From contig JBBRDP010000001.1 in the NCBI GenBank assembly GCA_038203795.1, positions 1,024 through 65,023 on the forward strand: a stretch of DNA of 64,000 nt. The letters are read 5' to 3'. The notes beneath the pieces were generated by a model, which saw only the letters and a program-made list of their open reading frames with translations, did not search any database and was not told the origin of the DNA. Of this stretch, positions 29,620 to 38,584 are shown piece after piece. The position numbers were made by a program, and so were the translations under genes. The DNA comes from Gemmatimonadales bacterium. Lineage in GTDB: Bacteria > Gemmatimonadota > Gemmatimonadetes > Gemmatimonadales > Gemmatimonadaceae. Each line of letters opens with the position of its first letter. Position 1 is the first letter of the stretch.

Positions 29620-31284
29620 ATGCGCGCTCGCGCGATCGTTGCCTCACTTCTGTTCGGTTCCGCACTTGGCGCGGGTGGTTGGTGGGTGTCTCAGGACCGA
29701 GCGGAAGTCCCCGCGCTCGCACCTGTGACTGAACCGGTCGCCGGTGCGCGTTTGTTCGAGCAGGTGTACCGCTACATCGCCACACAGTACGTCGACTCGC
29801 TGCCGCTCGACTCGCTGTATCGCAAAGCCGTGGCCGGACTGGTCTTCGAGCTCAACGATCCATACTCCGCGTTTCTGCCGGAAAATCGCACGCGTCGCCT
29901 GACAGAGCAGATGGTAGGCGCCGGCTACAGCGGGGTTGGCATCAACGTGGACATTCGCGACGGCTGGGCCACGGTCATCGAGCCGTTTGCTGGAGCTCCG
30001 GCCGAGCGCGCCGGCATTCAGGCTGGTGATCGCATCATTGCCGTGGACGGAGAAAGCACGGTGCTTCGCAGCGAGCAGGAAGTCGCGAATATGCTGCGCG
30101 GCGAACCGGGGTCCATGGTGCAGTTCACCGTGGAGCGCTTCGGTGTGCATCGCTTCACCGTGAATGTGAAACGACAGACGGTCGTGCGGCCGGCCGTACC
30201 ACGCGTCGTGATGATCAGTCCGGAGGTCGGCTACATTGACCTCAATGTGTTCAATGCGAACTCGTCGGCCGAGGTGCGGGTCGCGCTCGACTCGCTCAAC
30301 CAGCTGGGAGCGCAGGGCGTGGTGCTCGATCTGCGCGGAAATCCCGGTGGACTGCTGGAGCAGGGGGTGGCCGTTGCGGAGCTGTTTCTCGACCCGTCGG
30401 CGCGCATCGTGGAGTTGCGAGGTCGTCCGGGGACGCCAGCCGACGCGATCATCGATCGCGAGCCACAATGGTGGCCGAAACTCGCGGTCGCCGTACTTGT
30501 CGACCGGAACAGTGCCAGTGCCTCGGAGATCGTCGCTGGCGCTTTGCAGGACAATGATCGCGCCATCATCGTGGGGCAAACCTCGTTCGGCAAGGGCAGC
30601 GCGCAGTCCGTGTTTCCGATGACCACGGGAGGAGCACTGCGCATCACTACGTCACGATGGTACACGCCGCTCGGCCGCAGCATCTCACCGGTGATGGATA
30701 CCTCGCGGGAACCGACTGCTGAACCCACGGCTGAACCGACGGCGCAACCGGCGACTGGGCGTACGCGCGATGCACCGTCGCGTCCGCGCTTCACCACCGC
30801 GATGGGTCGCACGGTGCTGGGCGGCGGCGGCGTTGTGCCGGACGTCTTCGCCGGCGACGCGGTGCCGAATGTGCACGTGCAGGCGTTCGCACGGGCGTTG
30901 GGCGTGAGCGGCGTGCAATATCGCGATGCGCTGGCACGCGTTGCGCTGCTGTTCAAGGAACGCAAAGCGTTCGCTGACCCATTGCAGCCCGTGACGCGTG
31001 AGATGGTGAACGCGGTCTGGGATGAACTGGTGCGACGCAAAGTGGCGGTGCCGCGATCGGTGTTTGACGCGGCAGCGCCCTGGATTGCACGCTCACTGGG
31101 CTATGAAGCGGCGCGTGTCGCGTTTGGGCCCGACGCGGAGTTCCGTCGGCGCGCTCAGGACGATGCCGTGATCGCGCGCGCGCTGCGGTTGCTCGACGGC
31201 GTGCAGTCGCCGCGCGAGCCGTTCGCCCGAGCCGACGATCCGGGCATTCTCGTTCCGATGCGCGCGCCGACGCTCGAAAACTGA
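29620..31284 (+). CDS. S41-family C-terminal processing peptidase with PDZ domain
   Basis: PDZ (GVGINVDIRDGWATVIEPFAGAPAERAGIQAGDRIIAVDG), catalytic region LDLRGNPGGLL, NSASASEIVAGALQD, TSFGKGSAQ. Contains an in-frame (EPTA)n insertion. Confidence 0.9.
   Translation: MRARAIVASLLFGSALGAGGWWVSQDRAEVPALAPVTEPVAGARLFEQVYRYIATQYVDSLPLDSLYRKAVAGLVFELNDPYSAFLPENRTRRLTEQMVGAGYSGVGINVDIRDGWATVIEPFAGAPAERAGIQAGDRIIAVDGESTVLRSEQEVANMLRGEPGSMVQFTVERFGVHRFTVNVKRQTVVRPAVPRVVMISPEVGYIDLNVFNANSSAEVRVALDSLNQLGAQGVVLDLRGNPGGLLEQGVAVAELFLDPSARIVELRGRPGTPADAIIDREPQWWPKLAVAVLVDRNSASASEIVAGALQDNDRAIIVGQTSFGKGSAQSVFPMTTGGALRITTSRWYTPLGRSISPVMDTSREPTAEPTAEPTAQPATGRTRDAPSRPRFTTAMGRTVLGGGGVVPDVFAGDAVPNVHVQAFARALGVSGVQYRDALARVALLFKERKAFADPLQPVTREMVNAVWDELVRRKVAVPRSVFDAAAPWIARSLGYEAARVAFGPDAEFRRRAQDDAVIARALRLLDGVQSPREPFARADDPGILVPMRAPTLEN
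30709..30756 (+). repeat. 12-bp in-frame tandem repeat (about 4 copies) inside the S41 peptidase gene
   Basis: GAACCGACTGCT GAACCCACGGCT GAACCGACGGCG CAACCGGCGACT, encoding EPTAEPTAEPTAQPAT. Confidence 0.8.
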
Positions 31285-31288
31285 ACGC

Positions 31289-31987
31289 TTACGGCTGCTT
31301 CACAATCTTTACGCCCTTGGGCACGGAGAAGGTAAAGGCGGCCGCGTCGACGGCGACATTCTTTTCCCATGTCACCAGCTTGATCGTGCGCGCAATGCCA
31401 GTGTCATCGGTGATCGCGACTTCGCGCACGCTGGCATCGGCATTGTCAATCCAGATCGTGGCGCGCGGGAACGGCACTGCGGCACCCGCTTTGGCCACGA
31501 GTGACACGCCACGAGCCGGGCGACCATTCACGGTGCGCGCGCCGGCATCGGACAGCGTGTAGCCCTCACGAGGCGCCTCCAACACGGTGGCTGCGAGGTC
31601 TACACCGCCCGTGCCACCGTCGCCGGCGGGCATCCGGATCACTTGACCGGGTGCCGTGCTGGGGATGTATACCCACAGCCACTGTCCGTCGGACACGATG
31701 CGATCGCCCGCCGGATCGGCGAACGTCACGGACACTTTACCCGGCTTGCGCTGCAACAGTGTGCCGCGTGACTGCATAGTGCGCGCGGTGAGCGGATTCT
31801 TGATTTCCTGCGTGAACTCCGCGCGCGCCGTGCGCACGGTGGCGTACTCCGTGCGTGCCCGGGCCAACACAGCCGCTGGATCGCTGGCCTGTGCCCGGAG
31901 TTCGCACGCCCAACCAGCAGTGGTTGCGAAGGCCAACGCAGCGAAGGCCTGCACACTGCGGCTCGAAAAATGTACACGTGGAGTCAT
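31289..31987 (-). CDS. lolA: outer-membrane lipoprotein carrier protein LolA-like
   Basis: Signal peptide followed by the LolA pattern ([55 protein letters not shown]). ATGA overlap with the upstream DAHP synthase gene. Confidence 0.7.
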   Translation of the reverse strand: MTPRVHFSSRSVQAFAALAFATTAGWACELRAQASDPAAVLARARTEYATVRTARAEFTQEIKNPLTARTMQSRGTLLQRKPGKVSVTFADPAGDRIVSDGQWLWVYIPSTAPGQVIRMPAGDGGTGGVDLAATVLEAPREGYTLSDAGARTVNGRPARGVSLVAKAGAAVPFPRATIWIDNADASVREVAITDDTGIARTIKLVTWEKNVAVDAAAFTFSVPKGVKIVKQP

Positions 31988-33036
31988 GAGACGTTTACTC
32001 GCGCCGTCCCCGGCGTCGGTGCAATCGCACGGCCAATCGCATCCGCGATCGGGCGCAGTTGCTGGACCAGCTGCGCAAACTGTTCGGGATAGAGCGACTG
32101 GGCGCCATCGGACAACGCCTTGTCCGGCTGGGGATGTACTTCGATGAGGACGCCGTCGGCGCCTGCCGCGACTGCCGCGCGCGCCATGGGGGTCACCTTG
32201 TCACGCAAGCCCGTGCCATGACTTGGATCGGCCACGATCGGTAAGTGCGAAAGTTTCTGCACTACAGGAATGGCGGTGAGGTCAAACAGATTGCGCGTCG
32301 CCGAGTCGAACGTGCGGACGCCGCGTTCGCACAAAATCACGTTGGGATTGCCTTCAGCGAGAATGTACTCCGCGCTCAGCAACAGGTCGTTGATCGTGGC
32401 AGCCATCCCGCGCTTGAGCAGCACTGGCTTGCCGATTTTTCCGACGTGTCGGAGCAGCGAATAGTTCTGCATGTTGCGCGCGCCGATTTGAATGCAATCC
32501 GCGTACTCAGCCACCATGTCGGCACCGGTTTCGTCCATCGCTTCGGTAATAATGGCGAGCCCCGTCTCTCTTCGCGCGAGCGCCAGATACTCGAGCCCTT
32601 TTTTGCCGAGTCCCTGGAATGCGTAGGGTGACGAACGTGGCTTGAAGGCACCACCACGCAGCGCCGTCGCACCCGCGGCGCGCACCGCCCGTGCGGAGGT
32701 CACGATCTGTTCTTCGCTTTCGACGGAGCAGGGGCCGGCCACGATCACAATATCGGAGCCACCGAATCGGACGCCCGGCGCGATTTCGACAATCGTGTTT
32801 TCGTTCTTCCATTCACGGGCGGCCTGCCGGTAGGGCTTCTCGACGATGACGACGCTGGCCACACCGGACAACGCCTCGATGTGCGACCAATCGGCCTTGC
32901 TGTCGTCGCCCAACAGGCCGATGGCCATGCGGACGGTGCCGGGCATCGGCAGCGGCTTGAAACCCTGTCGCGTGATTTCGTTGCAGACACGATCGATATC
33001 GACCTGCGTTGCAGACGGTTGCATCACCACCAGCAT
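31984..33036 (-). CDS. 3-deoxy-7-phosphoheptulonate (DAHP) synthase, type I-beta with N-terminal ferredoxin/ACT-like domain
   Basis: KDO8P/DAHPS I-beta core ([58 protein letters not shown]) preceded by a ~70-aa regulatory-type domain. Confidence 0.9.
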   Translation of the reverse strand: MLVVMQPSATQVDIDRVCNEITRQGFKPLPMPGTVRMAIGLLGDDSKADWSHIEALSGVASVVIVEKPYRQAAREWKNENTIVEIAPGVRFGGSDIVIVAGPCSVESEEQIVTSARAVRAAGATALRGGAFKPRSSPYAFQGLGKKGLEYLALARRETGLAIITEAMDETGADMVAEYADCIQIGARNMQNYSLLRHVGKIGKPVLLKRGMAATINDLLLSAEYILAEGNPNVILCERGVRTFDSATRNLFDLTAIPVVQKLSHLPIVADPSHGTGLRDKVTPMARAAVAAGADGVLIEVHPQPDKALSDGAQSLYPEQFAQLVQQLRPIADAIGRAIAPTPGTARVNVS

Positions 33037-33045
33037 GCGGACTCC

Positions 33046-33804
33046 TCAGAGATCAATGGACCAACCATCGGTGGCAAGCACCACCGAACCGGAGAACTGC
33101 TCCGCCACGAGCGCCGCGATGTCCACGGTTTCGACCGGCGGATAAAAATGTGTGAGGGCCAACAGCGCGGGGTGTGCCATTGCCGCCATCGCACCGACTT
33201 GCGTTGGTGTGCAATGCGAGGCGATCGCCAGCCCATCGGGCAACGAGCACTCCGCGAGCAACACATCACAGCCGGCGGCCCAGCGCGCGAGCGACAGGCT
33301 GAATCCCGTATCACCGGTGTACACCACGCGGCGCGACCCGTCCACCATGGAATATGACACGCTCTCCGGCGTGTGTGGCACCGGAAAGCACGACAGTGTC
33401 AGCGTAGCGCCGAGCCGGAGCTCGTCGTCCGGCGTGCACTCCACGATCTGCAAGGGATACCCCGGAGCATGCAGCCAGGTGCCGAACACGAGCGCCAACC
33501 GGTCCATCAGGTCGCGGATCCCGGGCGGCCCGATGATCTGCAGCGGCGCGATTCGTGCCGGCAGCTGCCCATACCGGAAGGCGTAGCACAGCATCGCGAC
33601 ATCGGCAATGTGGTCGGCATGGAAGTGCGTGATGGCGATGTGCGTGATGCGCGTCCAGGGCAGCTCGAGGGCGGCGAGACGATGCACTACGCCGCTGCCG
33701 CAATCGAGCAGCAGTACGACATCGTTTGATTCCACAAGGTGCCCCGCGCACACGCGCAGCGCGTGCGGTGCCACCGTGCCGGTTCCGACGGTGGTGAGTC
33801 GCAT
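33046..33804 (-). CDS. MBL-fold metallo-hydrolase (RNase Z/PhnP-like size)
   Basis: MRLTTVGTGT..LLLDCGSG..IAITHFHADHIADV (HxHxDH). The ATG at 33804 overlaps the stop of the upstream gene (ATGA). Confidence 0.75.
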   Translation of the reverse strand: MRLTTVGTGTVAPHALRVCAGHLVESNDVVLLLDCGSGVVHRLAALELPWTRITHIAITHFHADHIADVAMLCYAFRYGQLPARIAPLQIIGPPGIRDLMDRLALVFGTWLHAPGYPLQIVECTPDDELRLGATLTLSCFPVPHTPESVSYSMVDGSRRVVYTGDTGFSLSLARWAAGCDVLLAECSLPDGLAIASHCTPTQVGAMAAMAHPALLALTHFYPPVETVDIAALVAEQFSGSVVLATDGWSIDL

Positions 33805-34958
33805 CAGCGTCCGCGGAACAGGATGCGCCGCACAATCGGACGGTGGCCGTTGGCCTGAAAGCGCGAGAGGTACACGCCGGGCGGTACCGGCCGTCCATTC
33901 GAGGCGGTGCCGTCCCACACAAACCGATTGTCGCAGTTGCTCCCGGTGCCCACGCCGCCGCGCCCATATCGACCGGCGGGAAAGCGCTCCTGTCCGTCGT
34001 CGGCCGGCACGATCGTGCGCACAGGCGTACCGCGCAGGTCGAGAATCTTGAGCGAGATGCTCGCGCCCGGCTCCTCAACATCAAACCAGAAGCACGTCGA
34101 GAACGACGACGCGTCGGGAAACGGATTCGGGAAGTTCTGGTACACCAGTGTGGATGTGGGGAGCGACGGATCCGTAATGACAAATGACCCGGGGCTGAAC
34201 ACACTGACGACCGCCGGATTGCCGACCAAACGCGCGTCCAGTCTCCAGCGATAGGACGTACTCGCCTGCAGCGGTGTGGGCAATCGATAGATCGTGTCAG
34301 CGATGTTCGATGCGGCAAAAACCGGCCGCCCGTTCGCGAGCACTTCCAGATCGTAACGCCAGGGCCCGGGTCCCGTGTCGACTCGCGGGGAACGCCAGCG
34401 GAACTCAGGCTGCCGCGTGTCGAGTCCCTGCGTCGCCGGAAAAAGCAGGGTGGCCCAAGGGGGCACCACGCGCGGACCCGTCACGGTGGAAATCGCCGCC
34501 CGTGCCCCGCGCTCCACGAGGGCGCGCCAATACACGGTCGCGCCACTGGGCAGGGCGCGCCTGATCTGCACGAGGCGCATCGTGTCGGTCGTGACGAGCG
34601 TCGTGTCCACGAGAAACGGCGGTTGCACACCGAAGTTTTCGCTCACCTGCAACGTGATGCGCAGCTCCGGCGTGGTGCCGGGTGCAACGAAAAACCCGAA
34701 CGATCGGATGGTGAAACGCGGCGACACCGAACTGAGCACGATGTCTTCGTTGGTCTCGACCACCACGCGCGGCTGGGCGCCGACGGCCTGCGGCGATGGT
34801 AGCAGCAGGGTCGCCATCATCGCGACGAACGCTGCTCCGCACCAGCGGGATCGCGGAGGTACGCGACACCAGCGCACACCTCGTCGCACCACGACGGCGT
34901 GGCCGCCGCTAGGCGTCGCGGCAGGCCGCGCGATCACACACGAGTGTGCTGTCTTCAT
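33804..34958 (-). CDS. secreted protein with C-terminal FlgD-Ig/T9SS-sorting-like domain
   Basis: The C-terminal ~90 aa begin LVYQNFPNPFPDASSFSTCFWFDV..ISLKILDLRGTPVRTI..GVYLSRFQANG, a hallmark of the LxQNYPNPF-type beta-sandwich. Hydrophobic leader AAFVAMMATLLLPSPQAVGAQ. The ATG at 34958 overlaps the smc stop, and a downstream start is possible. Confidence 0.6.
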   Translation of the reverse strand: MKTAHSCVIARPAATPSGGHAVVVRRGVRWCRVPPRSRWCGAAFVAMMATLLLPSPQAVGAQPRVVVETNEDIVLSSVSPRFTIRSFGFFVAPGTTPELRITLQVSENFGVQPPFLVDTTLVTTDTMRLVQIRRALPSGATVYWRALVERGARAAISTVTGPRVVPPWATLLFPATQGLDTRQPEFRWRSPRVDTGPGPWRYDLEVLANGRPVFAASNIADTIYRLPTPLQASTSYRWRLDARLVGNPAVVSVFSPGSFVITDPSLPTSTLVYQNFPNPFPDASSFSTCFWFDVEEPGASISLKILDLRGTPVRTIVPADDGQERFPAGRYGRGGVGTGSNCDNRFVWDGTASNGRPVPPGVYLSRFQANGHRPIVRRILFRGR

Positions 34959-37900
34959 TCATCGGCGTCGGCATCCGCCACGTCGGCCGCGACCAGTTCG
35001 TTTGTGGGCGCGTCACCATTCGTGTCAGCACGCGCGTCGCCGTTGGCAGCGCTGTTGGCAGCGCCGTTGGCAGCGCCGTTGGCAGCGCTGTTGGCAGCGC
35101 TGTTGTCGGTCACTGCGGGCCCGCGCATGCGCACACTCACGATAGACGACACACCGGGCTCCTGCATCGTGACACCGTATACGGCGTCGGCCGCTTCGGT
35201 GGTGGTGCGTGGATTGTGCGTGATCACGATGAACTGCGTGCGCGCCTTGAACTGATTGAGCATGCGCACGAACCGCCCAATGTTCTGGTCGTCGAGTGGC
35301 GCGTCCACTTCGTCGAGCAGGCAGAACGGACTCGGCTTCGTGAGAAAGATGCCGAAGAGCAGCGACAGCGCCACCAGGGCGCGCTCGCCACTCGAGAGCA
35401 GATGAATACGCTGCGTGCGCTTGCCGCGCGGCGACGCATGAATCTCGATGTCGCAGTCGAGCGGCGCATCGGGATTCTCAAGACGCAAATCACACTCGCC
35501 ACCGTCGAACAGCGTCAGAAAAATCTGTCGGAAGTTTTCGCGCACCTGACCAAACGTCACAAGGAACAACTCACGCGCCGTGCTGTCGATCTCGCGAATG
35601 GCCTGATGCAGCGACTGCTTGGCCGACACGAGATCGTTGCGCTGCCCGGTGAGAAACTCGAGGCGACGTTGTTCTTCTTCGTGCTCTTCGATCGCCAGCG
35701 GATTCACCGCGCCCAGCGCGTCGAGCGCATCGCGGAGTTCGGTGGCTTCGCCACGCAGCGTGTCGGTTTCGACGTCGAGTTCTTCGGCGTCGGCCAACAG
35801 TTCGTCGAGCGGACGACGCCACTCGGTTTCCAGTCGCTGGCGAATGGCTTCACGGCGACCGGAGAGATCGGTGTGCCGCAGCTCCGCGAAATGCAACGCC
35901 TCCCCAACACTCGTGTGCGCGCGATGCGCTTCGTCGAGTGTGCGTTCGGCGGTATCCAGCGCCTCCGAGGTACCGCGCACCGCCTGCTCCGACTGCGCGA
36001 GCCGCGTGTCGGCATCGCTCAGCGCTCCACGGTGTGTTTCAAGTTCGATCTGCCATGTGCCCAACTGTTCGGCGAGCGCCTGATCGGCGCTTTCCAGCGA
36101 ATTAAGCTCCACGGCCAGCGCCGCGAGCCGTGCGGCCGCCGTCGCGTTTTCCTCGTTGAGCCGCCGGGCCCGGTCCTGCGCGACAGACAAACGCGCCTGC
36201 GCCTGTGCCTGCGTCACCTGCCACACCGCCCGCGCTTCACGCGCTTCTTCGAGCCCCGATTCAGTTTGTGTGAGCACGCCACGCGCCTCGGCGATCGCGC
36301 TGTCCGCTTCACCGGCGCGTGCTTCGAGCGCGGCCAGCTGTTCGCCCAGCGTGTTCGCACGCGCATGGAGTTCGGTGACGCGTGCCGAGAGCCGTTCCGC
36401 CAGCACGTTCGACTGCTGGACCTCACCCGTGAGGCGCTCAACCCGGCGCTCGACTTCGCGCACCGTTTCGTCGGCGCGTCGTACGTCCTGCTGCGCGCGT
36501 GCGCTGGCTTCCGTCGCCAGATGCTGTGCGCGATCCGCTTCCACCAATGCCTCGCGTGCCGCTTCCGACGCCGCCTGCGCTCCCTCGCGCTCGTCGGCGG
36601 CGGCTTCGAGTCGTTCGCGCAACTTCGTCAGCTCGGCGCGACGCTGCAGCGGTCCGGGACCGGCGGTCGTACCCGGCAACAACATCGCGCCACGTTCGTC
36701 GATGAACGCTTCGCCGTTGTCGAGCGTTTGCACCCGCCCGAGTAGTCGATGCACCCACGCTTCGGCGGGCCCACTCGTTTGCACCACCGACGCCAGATCG
36801 TGGCCCGTGCTCCCGTCGCGCAGCGCGTGCACCGCATCGAGTGGCAGCAGCAGCAGTGGACCGGGATTCGCCGCCGCGTGCCAGCGGCGCACCGCGTTGG
36901 CCGCCGCCGCATCGCGTACTACCACGGCGTGCAACGTCACGCCGAGATAGCGTTCCACCAATCGCGCCGCGTCGCCGTCGGCGGTGAGGAAATCGGTGAG
37001 CGGACCGAGCACCGCACCTGCCTCCAGCGTGTCGCGCTCCTTGAGCAATCGCTGCGCACTCGGCGCAAGTCCCACGCGCTCCCGTTCCAGTCGCTCCAGC
37101 GCTGCAACCTGCCCCGCGAGTGACGTGTGGGATTCGACGACGCGCGCCAACATGGCGCGGGCCTCCGCGTCACTCGTGCGCGCGGCGGCCGCCATCACGC
37201 GTGCCTGCTCCAGCGCCTGCTGCGCGTCCTGCGCGCTGCCTTGCAACAACTCCATCTGCTCGCGCGCGCGAATCAGTTCGCGCTCCGTGGCCGCAAACTG
37301 ATCGGCCAGCTGCGCGCGTTCACGCTCCAGTGTTTCGAGGCGTGATTGCGTTTCGCTCAGATCGCGCGTGGCCCCTTCGCGGTCGAGTTCAAGTCGGCGC
37401 GCCTGATCGCGATGTTCTCGCGCCGCGTGTTCGAGCGCTTCGAGTGTCCGACGTGCGCGCAGTACCACGGAGCGCGCTTCGTCTTCCGCACTCACGCGTT
37501 CAGCCAGCGCTTCACCAGCGTCCTGCAGCTCCTGCACCAACGTCTCACAATCCGACGCCGCCTTCTCGCGATCGTCACGTAACCGTTGACCAAAGGCTTC
37601 GCCCTCCAGCCGTTCCTGCTCGGCGCGCGTCTTTCGTGCTTCGGTGCTGCGCTGCCGTTCTTCGGCCACGGCCAGCTCACGCTCAAGACGCAGCGTGCGC
37701 TCACGTTGTTCACCGGCGAGACGGGAAACGTCGGCGCGATGCGCTTCGGCGGCCGCCCGCGCACCATGCGCCTGTTCACGCTCCGCTTCGGCGCTGCGAA
37801 TGGCTGCTTCGGCACCGGGCACGTCGGCGCGCAGCGCCTCGAGACGTTCGTCGAGTGACGCGAGTTCGTCGCGCCACGCCGCCATCTCGCGCGTGGCCAA

Positions 37901-38584
37901 CGCGATTTCCACCGTGAAACGACGCGACGTCAGCTCCGCGTGCCGCTCGGCGCGACGGCGCTGCCGCGAGAGGGAACGCACCTGACTCTGTACTTCGGTA
38001 ATCAAGTCGTCGAGTCGCGACAGGTCGACCGTTGTTTCTTCCAGCCGACGCTCCGCGCTGCGGCGTCGATCGCGATACAAGCCAACGCCGGCCGCTTCTT
38101 CGAACAGCTCACGACGATCGTCTGGACGATCGGAGAGCAACGCATCGATCATCCGGCTTTCAATGACCACGCCCGAGTCGGCGCCGAGTCCGGTACCGCG
38201 CACGAGATCCTGAATGTCGCGGAGTCGACAGGGCGCGCGATTGAGGAGATACTCACTTTCGCCCGTGCGCATCAGGCGGCGCGTGAGCACCACTTCCTTG
38301 AATGGCACCGGCAGATCGCCTTCGGAGTTGTCGAAGTGCAGCGACACTTCGGCCATGTTCACCGGCTTGCGCGCCGATGAGCCGTGGAAAATGACGTCTT
38401 CCATTTTGGCGCCACGCATCACGCGGGCGCGCTGTTCGCCGAGCACCCAACGCACCGAGTCGGAGACGTTGGACTTGCCGCAACCGTTGGGACCCACGAT
38501 GGCTGTCACGCCACGATCGAACACAAACTCCGTGTGATCGGCGAACGCCTTGAATCCATGCACTTCGAGCTTCGTCAACCGCAC
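34955..38584 (-). CDS. smc: chromosome segregation protein SMC
   Basis: N-terminal head (LEVHGFKAFADHTEFVFDRGVTAIVGPNGCGKSNVSD), long coiled coils, hinge, signature LSGGERALVALSLLF, Walker B FCLLDEVDAPLD. GTG start. About 55 extra low-complexity C-terminal residues. Confidence 0.95.
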   Translation of the reverse strand: MRLTKLEVHGFKAFADHTEFVFDRGVTAIVGPNGCGKSNVSDSVRWVLGEQRARVMRGAKMEDVIFHGSSARKPVNMAEVSLHFDNSEGDLPVPFKEVVLTRRLMRTGESEYLLNRAPCRLRDIQDLVRGTGLGADSGVVIESRMIDALLSDRPDDRRELFEEAAGVGLYRDRRRSAERRLEETTVDLSRLDDLITEVQSQVRSLSRQRRRAERHAELTSRRFTVEIALATREMAAWRDELASLDERLEALRADVPGAEAAIRSAEAEREQAHGARAAAEAHRADVSRLAGEQRERTLRLERELAVAEERQRSTEARKTRAEQERLEGEAFGQRLRDDREKAASDCETLVQELQDAGEALAERVSAEDEARSVVLRARRTLEALEHAAREHRDQARRLELDREGATRDLSETQSRLETLERERAQLADQFAATERELIRAREQMELLQGSAQDAQQALEQARVMAAAARTSDAEARAMLARVVESHTSLAGQVAALERLERERVGLAPSAQRLLKERDTLEAGAVLGPLTDFLTADGDAARLVERYLGVTLHAVVVRDAAAANAVRRWHAAANPGPLLLLPLDAVHALRDGSTGHDLASVVQTSGPAEAWVHRLLGRVQTLDNGEAFIDERGAMLLPGTTAGPGPLQRRAELTKLRERLEAAADEREGAQAASEAAREALVEADRAQHLATEASARAQQDVRRADETVREVERRVERLTGEVQQSNVLAERLSARVTELHARANTLGEQLAALEARAGEADSAIAEARGVLTQTESGLEEAREARAVWQVTQAQAQARLSVAQDRARRLNEENATAAARLAALAVELNSLESADQALAEQLGTWQIELETHRGALSDADTRLAQSEQAVRGTSEALDTAERTLDEAHRAHTSVGEALHFAELRHTDLSGRREAIRQRLETEWRRPLDELLADAEELDVETDTLRGEATELRDALDALGAVNPLAIEEHEEEQRRLEFLTGQRNDLVSAKQSLHQAIREIDSTARELFLVTFGQVRENFRQIFLTLFDGGECDLRLENPDAPLDCDIEIHASPRGKRTQRIHLLSSGERALVALSLLFGIFLTKPSPFCLLDEVDAPLDDQNIGRFVRMLNQFKARTQFIVITHNPRTTTEAADAVYGVTMQEPGVSSIVSVRMRGPAVTDNSAANSAANGAANGAANSAANGDARADTNGDAPTNELVAADVADADADE
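35042..35101 (-). repeat. 12-bp perfect/near-perfect tandem repeat (5 full copies) at the 3-prime end of smc
   Basis: (+)-strand GTTGGCAGCGC[T/C] x5, with partial copies at both ends. It encodes SAANSAANGAANGAANSAANG in the smc frame. Confidence 0.9.

Noticed and set aside
35042-35101. Regular 12-bp repeats here and at 53612-53695, considered as possible CRISPR-like arrays.
   Set aside because: The units are directly contiguous with no spacers, are far shorter than CRISPR repeats, and no cas genes are present. They are microsatellite-type tandem repeats.
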